From assembly GCA_017499595.2 (NCBI GenBank), contig CM039007.1, forward strand, positions 1,054,001 to 1,118,000: a stretch of 64,000 nucleotides of DNA. The letters run 5' to 3'. The notes beneath the pieces were generated by a model, which had not been told where the DNA came from, did not search any database, and saw only the letters and a program-made list of their open reading frames with translations. Shown here in pieces: positions 37,321-49,224 of the stretch (positions are counted from its first letter, which is position 1; each line of letters begins with the position of its first letter). The DNA is from Psilocybe cubensis. Lineage: Eukaryota. Made by a program: the position numbers and the translations under genes.

Positions 37321-38148
37321 TCATAAATGCTAATATCAGTCTGAATGCAACCTGTCAGAACGATCAACGTGGACTCCATGGCGGAAAGAGTAAAACAATC
37401 ATGCGTCTTCCATTCATACTTGCACATTCTCAACACTTCGACTGTCCATGGGTTATGCACACCCTTTAGCACATATTACAGTCGCTATCTTAAACTGAGG
37501 CCCCGAATCTCCACATATGGGCATGTCCGCCTATGACCCTGCTTTCAACTCTCAATTCTTTGATAATTGCGTCTGAAATCTGTGAAACTGGACAATGCAC
37601 TAAGGGCGCCTCTCAATCGGATAGCTTTTCCACCCTGCAGGGCACTTATATTCGGATTGCACGCCTTCTGTGCCCTCCGCGAGAAATGGACAATGTGAAT
37701 GAAATAACAACTTCTGGGCCTCAGATCTGCCCAAACCTGGGTATGTGTATAGAGGTGCTTTAAAATTATTTTACATCAATTCCTCTGCTCTCCTATGCAT
37801 CAACGTCGGCCATTATCGAGTCATTGTGCCGAAGACATGGTATGGATCTCAAGTAATCTCAAGCGAACGGAAATAACGAGAAATTGCAGTAGAAATGGAA
37901 TGAATTCGTCGAATAGTAGCACTACGCTAGCAAATGCATACAATAGCATAATATATAACAAAAGGCATAATCTAAGGAATCGATTAGAATCTTCAACCTT
38001 TAATGCATAAAATTATTGAAAATCATACGATAGTCGTTTTCATTGACCGGCATGAGGATTGATGTAACAAGCAGAGATATCAGATCTTACAGAGAGTTAG
38101 CATCTCGTCCTATAGCAGATGACGAAAGTAAGGATGTACCTTATGTTG

Positions 38149-38328
38149 TTAAGAAATGATACAGAAATAGGTGGTTCCAGCAGACCGATTACGTTCATCG
38201 TCTGTTAACATTGGCTCGACATCAGCGGGAGGGCCGCTTAACATAAGCACAAGCTCTTCGAAGGTGTCTGATGACGCCAGGGAGTCAGTCGAATCGATGG
38301 GGATTGATGGTGAGGGATAAGTATGCAT
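38149..38328 (-). CDS. Lipopeptide pheromone precursor D, 59 aa
   Basis: MHTYPSPSIPIDSTDSLASSDTFEELVLMLSGPPADVEPMLTDDERNRSAGTTYFCIIS*. ER processing motif and CaaX CIIS. Confidence 0.9.
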   Translation of the reverse strand: MHTYPSPSIPIDSTDSLASSDTFEELVLMLSGPPADVEPMLTDDERNRSAGTTYFCIIS

Positions 38329-39200
38329 TATTGAGTGGGACAGTGGTGCAGGTGTTTCCAGAGGTGGTCGAGTGGTAGAAAGCAAGAAGGGTTTTGAGCC
38401 TAGGGGCGAACTGCGCATGCTTTTAAGCTTGAAATTGTTTTCTTATTGGCATTGTCCCATTGTTAACAACTCGGGGATATGAATGGCGTGAGAATTCCAT
38501 ATTCTAAGTCGAAGCCCTTAGATTCCGGAAAGAATGGTCTATTTTAGCCGACATCATTCCAACCAAAACTTAAGCCAAGGCTTTGCCGAGGGAACTGTGC
38601 AGTAATGTACTTTTGTGACATAGATACGGGATTAATAGGAATTTTGTTCGCGGCAAAAGATTTACTGCAAACTATATTTGTTTGTACACACTGAAAATAC
38701 CAGTTTAGTGACTAAGTGTGACAGTTATTTGGCACTTGTCACTTACTTGTTTTGCTGTCCTACTATTACTAAGCCAAAGGCAAATTCCGGCACTCAGCCT
38801 TCAGGACCCAAGGTTGGGCAGTCGAGACAGCTACGCGGAAGACGGCCAAATCACGCAAACTAGCAAAATTACCGATGAGTATTTACGAAAATGTTGTGGA
38901 AACTAACATCGATACCACTAAGATACCACCATATCAACAGCATTCCTAGAGCTATGTCCTTCTCAAACTGGAAGGTGTCGATGCTTTGCTGCAGGATCGT
39001 GGCATAGCTTGAAATAAACTCAAAATAGGAGCATTCCCTATGTAGCTCGGTTACGCAGAAATTCAAGTCAGATTGTATGAATAGAACGCTGAGTCGATGG
39101 GCTCAGGTCGAATTTAATATGTCACATTACGGTAAACAGAATTACAGAACACAGGATGAATCGGAACGAAGATGCTATACATGTAATCAAGAGAATTAAA

Positions 39201-40631
39201 TCAATGCCCATTGTTATCCGAAAAAATAGTCGAGCATTGAGTGTGAACAGACTGTGAATATGTAGACGACATGTCCGTTGTAAAAGTTTTGTCTGAGAAT
39301 GGGGATCCCGTGGCTGACGTTGGAGGCGGCTTCCAAGGATAGGAATTATGAGATGAAGGGGTCAGTGGACATATAAGTGTGATTTGCGATGTCGAGAATT
39401 GGGATTGAACGTCGGGTTTGCTGATGGTCGCCATTTTAAAATCGGGGATATCCAATGAGCTGAATAGATAAGTCAGATTGCTGAGTACAGATATTTGCGA
39501 TATGGAACATACTGGGACGGTAGGCTGTCTGAGACCTTTTGCTTGAGCAGAGAAGGGAATTTTCCCAGAATTGCGGACTTAATCCATTGATAGCAGGCCC
39601 GATATTCTTTTATTGCATCTTGTCCGAAAGAGAAGAAAGCGAAGAATATAAAGGTTGATATCGGAACGGTCCACCAAAGCATGTACGTGTAAAAGAGGGC
39701 CTGCTTTGGGATAAAGATGGTGGGGAACACCGCGATTCGAGAGAAGTTTGAATGAACGTCTTCCCAACTAATCCACGGTCGAAGGCCAGCTCTCATGGTA
39801 AACCACATCGTGAGCGCTATCACGCCCGCACCCCAGAACATTTGTACGAGAGACATAGCCATAAGTCGAAAGTACCGCGAGGGTGTGAGTACGGATGAGG
39901 TTTGTAGATGCCTTGCGAAAGTAATGCGACGATTCCAGAAATTACGAAAGGCAATGCCTACAAGTTGTCGTATATGTAGATAGTATTGTAACTTAGGACA
40001 AGGACATACCTGATAGAATAAATGCTCCTAGGGAGAAAGATAGTGGAGGTACCCAAATTAAGAAAATTGAAGCAACAGAGACGTAAGTTGCTGCTCGACA
40101 CCCGAAGTCCTCTATAATGTCAAATCGGTGGCCTTGTACAACGTAATCTAGGTCATAAATAAGAGAGAGCTTGCGTAGAAGGGTTGTAAGGTACGCACGG
40201 GTAGCCATATAAACCATGGGCAGACCGAAACACATCAAGAGGTCGAAATAAAGCCTTTTTCGTCTTTGAGCATAATCGGTTGAGATTTGGCGAATGGATG
40301 AAACGCGTTCCAGGTGTAGACACAAGCAGAAAATGGAAACAGGAAGAGCAAGGTTCGCACCCATGTTGATCTTGGTGCCTATGTACCGCGTTAGAGAACT
40401 GACATATGGTGAGGGAATAGATTCAGACTTACTGATATCACACCATACAACAGCGACTATATCAACATTTCCCGCCCAAATGATCGTGTCTACCCCGTTA
40501 ATGAGATTGCATACAAAAAGCCAGAGTGCAATTGATATCGTCGGAACCGTGCCTGACCGCCAGTGCCATGGAAGAGGGGCAACGCTGAGTGCTGCTGCTA
40601 TGAAGGAAGCGATGGGCAGTTCAAGGTGCAT
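39201..40631 (-). CDS. STE3: STE3-type pheromone receptor #4
   Basis: MHLELPIASF...APLPWHWRSG, IWAGNVDIVAVVWCDI, YVVQGHRFDIIEDFGC, RPWISWEDVHSNF and FFAFFSFGQDAIKEY. Last exon splices into SLDIPDF...NNGH*. Confidence 0.95.
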
Positions 40632-41516
40632 TGCTTGTGGGGAGGAGATGACAACTCGAAATCAGAGCTACTTTGCCTGATAAACATTTTGGATGAGAAT
40701 TCGGGTATATTTGCTGAACAAACAGACAAAGGCCTATTGAGAGCATTGAGGGGCGAGACGAACAATGGGAACAATCGGAGTTTAAAATATTAGGGCCCAG
40801 AAATGAGGTCAGTGAAGCGGAGTTGAACGCCTCCCCAAACAGCCAATAGGACACATCTAATGTCCACATCGACGTCAGAATCGGTCAATATACGTGAGAC
40901 GCCATCTGATACTATAATTTAGAGGTGACCTTGAACATGTTTACTTCATTGCAATTTAACAACTGCAATTACCTCTATCGGCCAATGCTCTAGGTCTTCG
41001 CCATTGATTATATTGTCTTTGAGTTTTGATGCTTTCAGCCTCGCGTTCAAGTTAAGATAAATGAATTGGTATCTTAAACTACAAGCGCTACAAGACTGAA
41101 GCGAGTAATGCAAAGTGATCGAAATGTTTGGCTAAGTATTGCTATTTTTCACAAAAGGCTGGAAGGACGAAATGATATAACGACAAAGGGATATGAAAAA
41201 ACCGATAGAAAGGAATGAACGATCATAATGCATGTATGTAGATGGTACAATCAGAAGATATTCATATATTGATAAGGATACAAGGGAAACGAAGCTGGAA
41301 GGAACGTGGGGTCATGTTGATAATCGGCCGCTCCGTAATCTTAAGGCGGGAGTGGCGAAATCACACAGAAAGTATGAAATGGGGTATCACGGTGCGGCGA
41401 AGGTGGATAGTGTGGTTCTGAGGAGGGTTGACCTGAAGGAATCTGAGGTGGTTGGTTCTGCCGTCGTCAAATTGTAAGTGTGCTCAAATCAAGCATAGAA
41501 TGGAAGTTTACCTACT

Positions 41517-41684
41517 TTATGCAATAGTGCAAAACGCCGTTATAATGCCAGAGTTATATCTTTCAGAGTCGGAAAGACAGGCATCGGCATCATCACAAGA
41601 GTTTAGTGACTCTCCTGAAGCGTCTCTAGTAGCTTGAGGTTCATCAAATTGGATGAGGTCCAACATGGATTCAAAGGAGTCCAT
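41517..41684 (-). CDS. Lipopeptide pheromone precursor E, 55 aa
   Basis: MDSFESMLDLIQFDEPQATRDASGESLNSCDDADACLSDSERYNSGIITAFCTIA*. ER motif and CaaX CTIA. Confidence 0.92.
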   Translation of the reverse strand: MDSFESMLDLIQFDEPQATRDASGESLNSCDDADACLSDSERYNSGIITAFCTIA

Positions 41685-42625
41685 TGGTGCAATATTTGTC
41701 GCGAGATGGTATAGGTTCAAAAGTATCGCAATGCGTTGAAGCGCGAGTGTGAGTAAGAGCGAAGGAGTTGGTGCAAAAGATAGGGTGGGCGGAAATGCAT
41801 GTCTTGCTCGTTTTATGCTTTTGTGCATCCCCGCATTTGGTAAATGACATTGACACTTTTTGTTCGACAAATGGGGATAGATTTTTTTCTTAGGATTCTC
41901 TACCGCTCTTGGAAATATCCCCCGAAACCTTAAAGTTGAATCCCCCTTGGCAGCTATTTCTATATCGGGATGACATTCTGATTGTGACTTTGAATAAAAT
42001 TATGTTTTTCTTCACGTCGTTTGGTTAAGATTCTTAGTGATTCTTAGTCGCCTCATAATCTGTAGCATACCATACGCAAATTTTGCAGACTTAAATTTTT
42101 AATGCAAGATCTCGGGAAACTTAACGAATGGACAATACTTTGGAAATTCTAAACGTGGGAATCCTAGGTTCAAGTTAGGGAATGGGATACCGATAGGGGG
42201 ACTCTGACATTTTATACTATATACCTATCAATAACGAATTAATTCAATGACAGACTTGTATAATACCTTGACAGACAAATCCCTCTGGACGGGCCTTGGT
42301 TGATTGTATAATTGCTAATCGTACCACAATGCCGCAAAAATGAAGCGGAGATTGTAAATCCAAGTTTACCATCACCCCTCACAATGCTTTCAGGTGACAC
42401 AATGGTCACAATGAGTGTGACTTTTTGTTCCCTCGAAGGAGTTTAGCCTTGCTGCAAAACCTCCAACAAACTCCGCTTGTTCAGTGTCCCAAAGTCCTTT
42501 GTTCCTTCATTCACGCGTAATCTCATATACCACGATGGCAGGGATTTTGGCGTCTTTCAATTCCGCGTCCCAGCGTCTCTCTTTCCTCCTCTCCGGACTT
42601 GAACGCATTTTTGTCGCGTTTCACA

Positions 42626-44191
42626 ATGCACGCATCTCATGATCCTACGTACCCTCTCTTTCCAGTCCTGTCGTTCCTCGGCTTCGTTGTCGCTCTCATT
42701 CCTCTGCCATGGCATCTTCAAGCTTGGAACTCTGGAACCTGCGCCTTTATGATTTGGACGTCGTTATCATGTCTGGTTGAATTCATCAACAGCCTCATCT
42801 GGTCGGGGAACATTGACGATAATTTACCTGTGTGGTGTGATATCTGTATGTCTTCTCGGTACTACTTTCGTCTTCACTGCATTAAAATGTTTCATTATAG
42901 CTACGAAATTTTTACTCGGAGCGGGAGTTGGAATCACAGCGTCTTCCCTATGTATAAGCCGTCGACTGTATAGCATCGCAACGACTCAAAACACCTCCAT
43001 CACACGAGCCGATGTCAGTCCTCTCTCTTAACCCTTTGTTCTTCCCATCTCACCAATTTCTTTCAGAAACGTCGCGCTCTTATAATTGACCTATTAATTG
43101 CCGTCGGTATACCAGTTCTAGTAATGGCTCTGCGTATGTTCTACTTCAATCAACTTGACCTACCCGTTTCTAACACTCTTTTGCCAGACTATGTTGTGCA
43201 ACCTCACCGTTATGATATTCTTGAAGACATCGGCTGCCAGCCTGCGATATACAACACGCTACCGGCATACTTTCTCGTTTTCATGTGGCCGATCCTTCTC
43301 GGCGCAATCTCTTTTGTGTATTCTGGTACGCCCGTCTTCGCCTTTATCTCTCTTACACTCAATCCTAAATTGTCCCTTCTAGCTCTCACCTTCCGCGCTT
43401 TTTGGATGCGTCGCCTTCAATTTGCTCAACTCGTATCAACAAATTCCTCCCTCAGCATCGGTCGCTACGTTCGCCTCATGATGCTCGCCGTGACCGACAT
43501 GGCGCTGACAGTCCCACTGGGGATCTTCAGTGTCGTCTTCGGCACACAGGGCGTCGGCCTTGCGCCCTGGATATCCTGGGAGGACACGCACTTCAACTTC
43601 TCCCACGTCATTCAAGTCCCTGCTGAATTCTGGAGGACCAGTCCGTCGTACCAGGTCAGCGTGGAGCTTACGCGCTGGTTGTTTGTCGCGTCCGCGTTTA
43701 TCTTCTTTGGGCTGTTTGGATTTGCTGGAGAGGCCCAGCGAAATTACAAGCTCGCGTTCTGGAAGAGCGTCAAGCCTCTGGGATGGACGCCATCTAATAC
43801 GAAGAAATCAGAGATCGTTTCGTTGCCGAGGTCAGTGTGATATCGTTTTATACGGCGAACGATCCCCCGCTCACTGCCTACTTTCTTCAGTTGGAGGAAG
43901 GCCGCTGACTCGAAGAACGTCTCCATCTCCGACCCCGTTTTCCTTGGTAAAAACAGCCAAAACCTATCCGGGAAAGCTTCGACGACGTTCAGCGTCGCCT
44001 CGTCCACGGACGCGACCGTCCGCGTCGATATCGACATCGAGAAGTTCGCCGATCAGCCTACACCCTCAACACCAGCTCCTGCCTACGTCTACCCACCGCC
44101 TTCATCATGTTATAGCTATACCATCACGACTGACGTCTCTCCGTCGTCTTCTGCGACACCTCACGACCCTCATTGGCCAGTGCATCGCTGA
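42626..44191 (+). CDS. STE3: STE3-type pheromone receptor #5
   Basis: MHASHDPTYPLFP...LIPLPWHLQAWNSGTCAFMIW, PVWCDI, YVVQPHRYDILEDIGC, GRYVRLMMLA, PWISWEDTH and FGLFGFAGEAQRNY. Spliced tail ends in TGA at 44191. Confidence 0.93.
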
Positions 44192-46058
44192 TGCTTTTCG
44201 TTAAAAGTTTTCTTTCTTTATTGTCTTGGTTTGTTAATGCTATCTATGTGTACCTAGAGTACTGCTTTGTTCTCTCCTATCATCCGTTTGCTAACCCCAA
44301 ATGCTATCACAAAATCGATTATTAACCCTGTTGTATTATATATTGGAATAAATGTATTTTCAGCTCTTAACCAAACTGTGGACCGTTACTTTAAACTTTG
44401 GTATGATGTTTTTGAACATTAAAAAAATATTCGACAGTCGGCAAATAAAAGATTATTCGGTCTCTTAGAATTCTAGCAATTTAAACAAGTGAACATCTCG
44501 CCGATCCATCAGGTACCGATGCCTGCGGGGAAGATAAGATGTTAGATAATATCTGGGGCAATGGGCATTCTTGTGTCTTGTGGGCTAACGTGCTCAAAAT
44601 GGGAACTGGGGACACTCCCCTTGAAGCGCTGGCATTCCGTACAAATTGGCACCCTCGGTCATCGGGAGTATACATGTGGACATACATCTCTAGAATGCTT
44701 CCCCATGTCCGCCTGGATGATTTTGGATAATTACATTTCCCAAGCGCTGGTGCGCACAACTTGAACTTTGGATGTACCGCATTGTCCGGTGGAACATCCG
44801 CTTCCATTTCGTTCCTGTTTAATTTTATCGCCCAGAGTTTTCTGCCGGGCATAGGGTAAGATAAAGTTCATTAGTAAAGAAAATACCACCGAAGAGATGT
44901 TTTTTTTTTTTTTTTTTTTCATGGAAGTTCTTATGATCGAATTTGTTAGAATTTTTCAAACTTACGTTTCGGGATATGGTGACCCATACCCTTTTCCGAT
45001 ATTATGAGTCAGTTGGAGCGTATCCCGGAAGCTGTTAGGATTCCCTGCTCTGACTTCTTGCTCCGGGTATCAGAGCCATTAGAACCTCAAGGTACATTGC
45101 CTTTACAATAATGCTCCACCGTCCAATATTCGAAATCTTGATGAAAATATGAGTCAGTAACATAACAGAACAAAACGAAAGGCTGCGGGTTCCATTTCAG
45201 AATTTTCCACCGTATGCGCCTCGGATCTGTCTGCGAACTGGATCTTTGTGCCACCCCGGTAAACATGGAATGCAGAACCCGAATATTATACATGTACTTC
45301 TTTCTGGAAAATCTTTAGGTACCCCATTTTGAGTCGGGTACCTTTATCAGTTTTTGGACGCTGATTTACATACCCTAGTATTTTATTGCTGTGTCTGCAG
45401 TCTATATGCAGCGTTTGGGATTGCCGATGTTTATTCCTTCCTAATTCGTATTTGTGTGCAGTAGGTGTACAGCAATTCGAGATATTCCGGGTGCCAGAGT
45501 TCGCCTTTCTCCCCCTATGTCAATGCCAGATCTAGACACAAGGTACCCTAGATCTCTTCTTTAGATATAATCCAGCAGAAACCAAACAAAAAAATGTAAA
45601 TGCACCAAGCGCCCAGAAATAAACACTGTCAAACATGTATACCAAACATCACAGGAAATACCTGTAAATTACGGAGAATCTCCCGGAGAATCTTCCGATC
45701 CAGTATGCACATGCACAGCTACCTGACACAAGGTGAAAAAATCCAACCTTTCGGCTCAGACGAGCAGGTGGTCACTTTGCAGGTGGAGTGGACGTTACGT
45801 GAAGTCCAATATCACAAGGGCGGTCGAGGCGGGTCTACAGGAACGGCGCCGACCGATACAGGCACCGAAGCGGACCGATGTGTACGGATGGGGAAACTTT
45901 GTTCACCTTGTTAGTCGAACAATGGCTTAAAAATAGATGACAAGTTCGGCTTCTTGCCCGCAGCCGTGAAACGCTCCCACGGGTGCCCCATGGACCGCCA
46001 AATGCGTCGAACAATATGTTGAAGACTGCGATTGTTTACTTAGGTTTTCAGTGGCGCA

Positions 46059-46065
46059 TATATAA
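46059..46065 (+). promoter_or_regulatory. TATA box upstream of pheromone precursor F
   Basis: TATATAA about 135 nt upstream of the ATG, followed by a pyrimidine-rich leader. Confidence 0.55.
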
Positions 46066-46195
46066 GACCCCTATCGTGGAAGGAGGGCGTTAATTCTTTT
46101 CTTCAGAGTTACCCCCACCTCGATTAACTTCGTTCTTCAAGCTTCAACACTTCTTTGCCCTCACAGGCTAGCAACCATCTCCAAACTTCATCAGC

Positions 46196-46321
46196 ATGGA
46201 CCAGTTCCTTACCTTCCTTGATTTCTCCGCTTCTGAGGAATTGGAAGAGATTAGCATCGACGCCCTCCCCGTCGATGAAGACTCACGATACCGCCCTGCT
46301 ACGTGGTGTATCGTGGCCTAA
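46196..46321 (+). CDS. Lipopeptide pheromone (or pheromone-like) precursor F, 41 aa (not in the ORF track)
   Basis: MDQFLTFLDFSASEELEEISIDALPVDEDSRYRPATWCIVA*. MDxF start, acidic pro-region, PVDED motif, CaaX CIVA. Confidence 0.9.
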   Translation: MDQFLTFLDFSASEELEEISIDALPVDEDSRYRPATWCIVA

Positions 46322-46617
46322 CCGTACCCACCCAGTGCGTCTCTCTACCACCTTCTGTTGTGAAGTACAGCATACTGACTTTACCCTTCTCTCCTATAGA
46401 TCTTGGGTACATTTCAACGGAGGATAGCTCACCTTCGTCAGCCTTTACACACTGTGGTAGGTCCATTGTTCCCCCATCTTTTGTTGACGTTCCCTCATTG
46501 TTGCCTTCCTCCACAGTGAACACCATCAGCATTTCGTTCTCACTCCCTGCCCCCGACAATGTTCCTTCGACTTTTTCCCAAACAGAAACCTCGAAGAACG
46601 ACCACCATATCCACACC

Positions 46618-46722
46618 CTCATTCTCTTCAGTTCATTCTCCTCAACCTCATTCTCATCAACTCATTCTCCTCGACTCATTCTCCTCGACTCATTCTCCTC
46701 AACCCCTCCACACTCATTCAAC
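46618..46722 (+). repeat. Imperfect tandem repeat, unit about 14-15 nt (ctcattctcctcRa), about 6 copies
   Basis: ctcattctcttca / ttcattctcctcaac / ctcattctcatcaa / ctcattctcctcga x2 / ctcattctcctcaa, downstream of precursor F. Confidence 0.8.
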
Positions 46723-47543
46723 TTTTTTATTTCTCTCTCGTCCTCCCAAATCAATTGTAAAACAACATCAAGTCTTTCATCTCGGTCCTTCGATGTGTAT
46801 CTCTAAGCAGTTAGATGTATTTCATATCACACTCACAGTATAATGCGTTAGGCATTTAGGATACAAGTGATACCCCAATGCAATTAGGTCCTAGAAGACC
46901 TCTTTTTTTTATCTTTCGTATCTGTGCGATGGTTCGACTGAAGGCTCGTGCTCGCTTCAAGAATGGACGCTTAGGTCGTCAGTTGAGTATCTCGGCCATG
47001 AACCAGGACAACGAGTGAGTCGTTTTGAGTAAAGTGAAGAAGAGCCTTATTGATGCGCATGCTTTTGAACCATCAGGACAAGACTGGAGCGAGCGTACCT
47101 TGCTTATATTCAAGTTGACACAGCTGCATGTCTTTCGGAATCCCGCTCTTCAATGGTGTAGTTCCCAGCGTCAATCATTGGACACCACGCTGACATTGCT
47201 TTTCAGGAGCTTGAGCTCGAGTGCGTGTTCAGTAGCTTCAAAGTCGCCATTCAACATCGTGATTAGATCTCCGCGCGTAGCTATACGGTCGAGATACCCA
47301 GTTTTCTGTGGTGTTCTCTATCAGTGACAGCCTTGAACACATCGCACAGTTGAAGCGAGAACGGCCCACGGTAGGTGTCTCCGAGAAACTCAAACGTTCT
47401 TCCCAGTTGACGCAGCAGTTTGTAGGCATCGACCCACCGCAGTACAGCACATGCACGACGTATCAGTCTTTCAAGATAGCAAAACAGTGCGTGTTCATTC
47501 AGCTCTTCATATACCGTTCGCTGACTGCAAAACAGATGTCTGG

Positions 47544-48490
47544 TCACGGAAGCAGGTCGTCAAGGAACTCTTCCATTTCTTCGAGTTGCGTTTTGGGTTT
47601 CACTTGGGTGCCTTCTGGTAAAGGCAAAGCAGGTGCCTCCTGGTATTCTGATATCCGACCAGGCGAAAGTAAACGGAGATGAAATCGAAGAACCATGGTA
47701 AGTTATATGTAACGTACCTTGCTTTCGTGTTCGTGTTGATGACGATGGCACAGCAGGCTTCGCTCGTAGCTTGAATGACTTTGCTCTAAACCGGTTTTTC
47801 AGGTCTAGGCGGGCGTGCTGGGTTCAGCACGACAATTCGCAGGAGCGAAGAACAACCGACTCACCCCACGTCGCTTCGGCGGCCTTCTTCTCTCGACTCA
47901 TTTCATCGAGCTCTTCGTCCCAAACGATTTGCTCTACTTTCCCCTTCTTCGATACTGCTTGAGAAGCGGTGTATGTTGGTTTGGAAGTGATGTGCGCTAG
48001 CGATGTATCGACGTCGTCGTCGTCGTAATCTTTCTTTTCTATGGCACTCAGAAGTGGCCCCGCATCGTCTGATATCTTCTGTTTCTCCAGGAACGCACTC
48101 AGATCGACCTCTGGCTCGACAACAGGCTCGCCTTGCACAATCCCAACCACATCAACAAAGATTTCAAAAAGAAAAAAAGGAAATCGACAACGCACCATCC
48201 GAATCCAGCTCGACCTCCTCTTCTTTATACCGATCAGCATTAGTACCAAGGCTGCGCCGACTATACTTCTGCGCCAACTCTTGCGCGCGTTCCGCTTGCT
48301 CTTCCTCCGTTAACTGTTCCGCACCTTCACCCTCCAACAAAAGACGGGTGCCAAATTGTGCTGGGCGGCCCATGCCACGCCCTCGTCCGCGGGCGCGAAG
48401 GTACTTCCCAAGACCACCGCGAGACTTACCCCTCCCCCTCCCCCTCCCTTGGCTTGCAGCACCAGCAGAAGACTCTCCAGCGTCCGCCAT
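47544..48490 (-). CDS. Hypothetical protein with an RG-rich N-terminus, multi-exon
   Basis: MADAGESSAGAASQGRGRGRGKSRGGLGKYLRARGRGRG..., then EPEVDLSAFLEKQK, EKKAAEATW-DLKNRFRAK and terminal EEMEEFLDDLLP*. The pieces join through GT-AG introns. Confidence 0.72.
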
Positions 48491-48562
48491 CACCTATATC
48501 CAGTACAACTCGGCAAACCGATCAAATAATTGAAGATCGGGGTCAAACTATCGATGTTAGCT

Positions 48563-48590
48563 CGGATTGCGGATTGCGGATTGCGGATTG
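48563..48590 (+). repeat. Heptamer tandem repeat (cggattg)x4
   Basis: Directly visible upstream of the 48490 gene. Confidence 0.85.
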
Positions 48591-49224
48591 CGCAGTGGCA
48601 AGTCCTTCTCTCTCTACGTTGATCTGTATGTATGTGAGGCGACGAGTGTTGATTTTATGTGGTAGGGTATTGTGGATTGTGGGAGGATATGGGTGTTGGT
48701 GGCTTTGGCTTTTGGTGGTGGTAGAGTCTCGAAGATACGGGCTTGCCCTCGAAAGGCACGCGAGCAGGTTAATATAGCCACGTGATGGACGTGACTGGCC
48801 CCTAAGTATGTATATCGCGTTTGCCGCCTTTGTGATGGGCTAAAATACAGTGGCCTACAGAGGCCACTGGGTAGCAGTGAAATGCCGTGAACTTTTTGAA
48901 CAACTGTGCCGCGTAGTTTACGTTTTTATGTGCCTTATTTTATAGAATGATAATCTTGTTTTTATTGAATCATAGTACATTGCGCGTTGAGGGCAAAAGA
49001 CATCGTTTTCATGACATTCAGACACGCGAACTCTGCCCGAGTGTAATAGTACATCATACAATCCGTAACCGGGTCATCATTTTCTGTCCAAATAGCTTCA
49101 CTCATCCAGCTACAACAAGCCATTCACGACTTCGAGATGTAAAAAAGCGCATATTAGCCGTAGTATTACACTACCGTCAAGTCCATCGTTTTACAGATTA
49201 AATCACATATAAATCAAAAACATC

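Noticed and set aside
37685-37763. Short ORF MDNVNEITTSGPQICPNLGMCIEVL inside the pheromone cluster
   Set aside because: Cys is five residues from the end, so this is not a CaaX motif.
44481-44852. 123-aa minus ORF ending CSLV
   Set aside because: Too long, not acidic, no aromatic residue before the Cys and no processing motif. Likely a chance CaaX.
44900-44919. Run of 20 T as a possible retroposon poly(A) tail
   Set aside because: No TSD or recognisable LINE/SINE body nearby.
46960-47540. Overlapping short ORFs between pheromone F and the RG-rich gene
   Set aside because: No recognisable motif or consistent spliced model.
48848-48869. Hairpin cagtggcct-acag-aggccactg as a Helitron 3' end
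   Set aside because: Not followed by the expected CTRR terminus at the usual spacing, and the stem is short.
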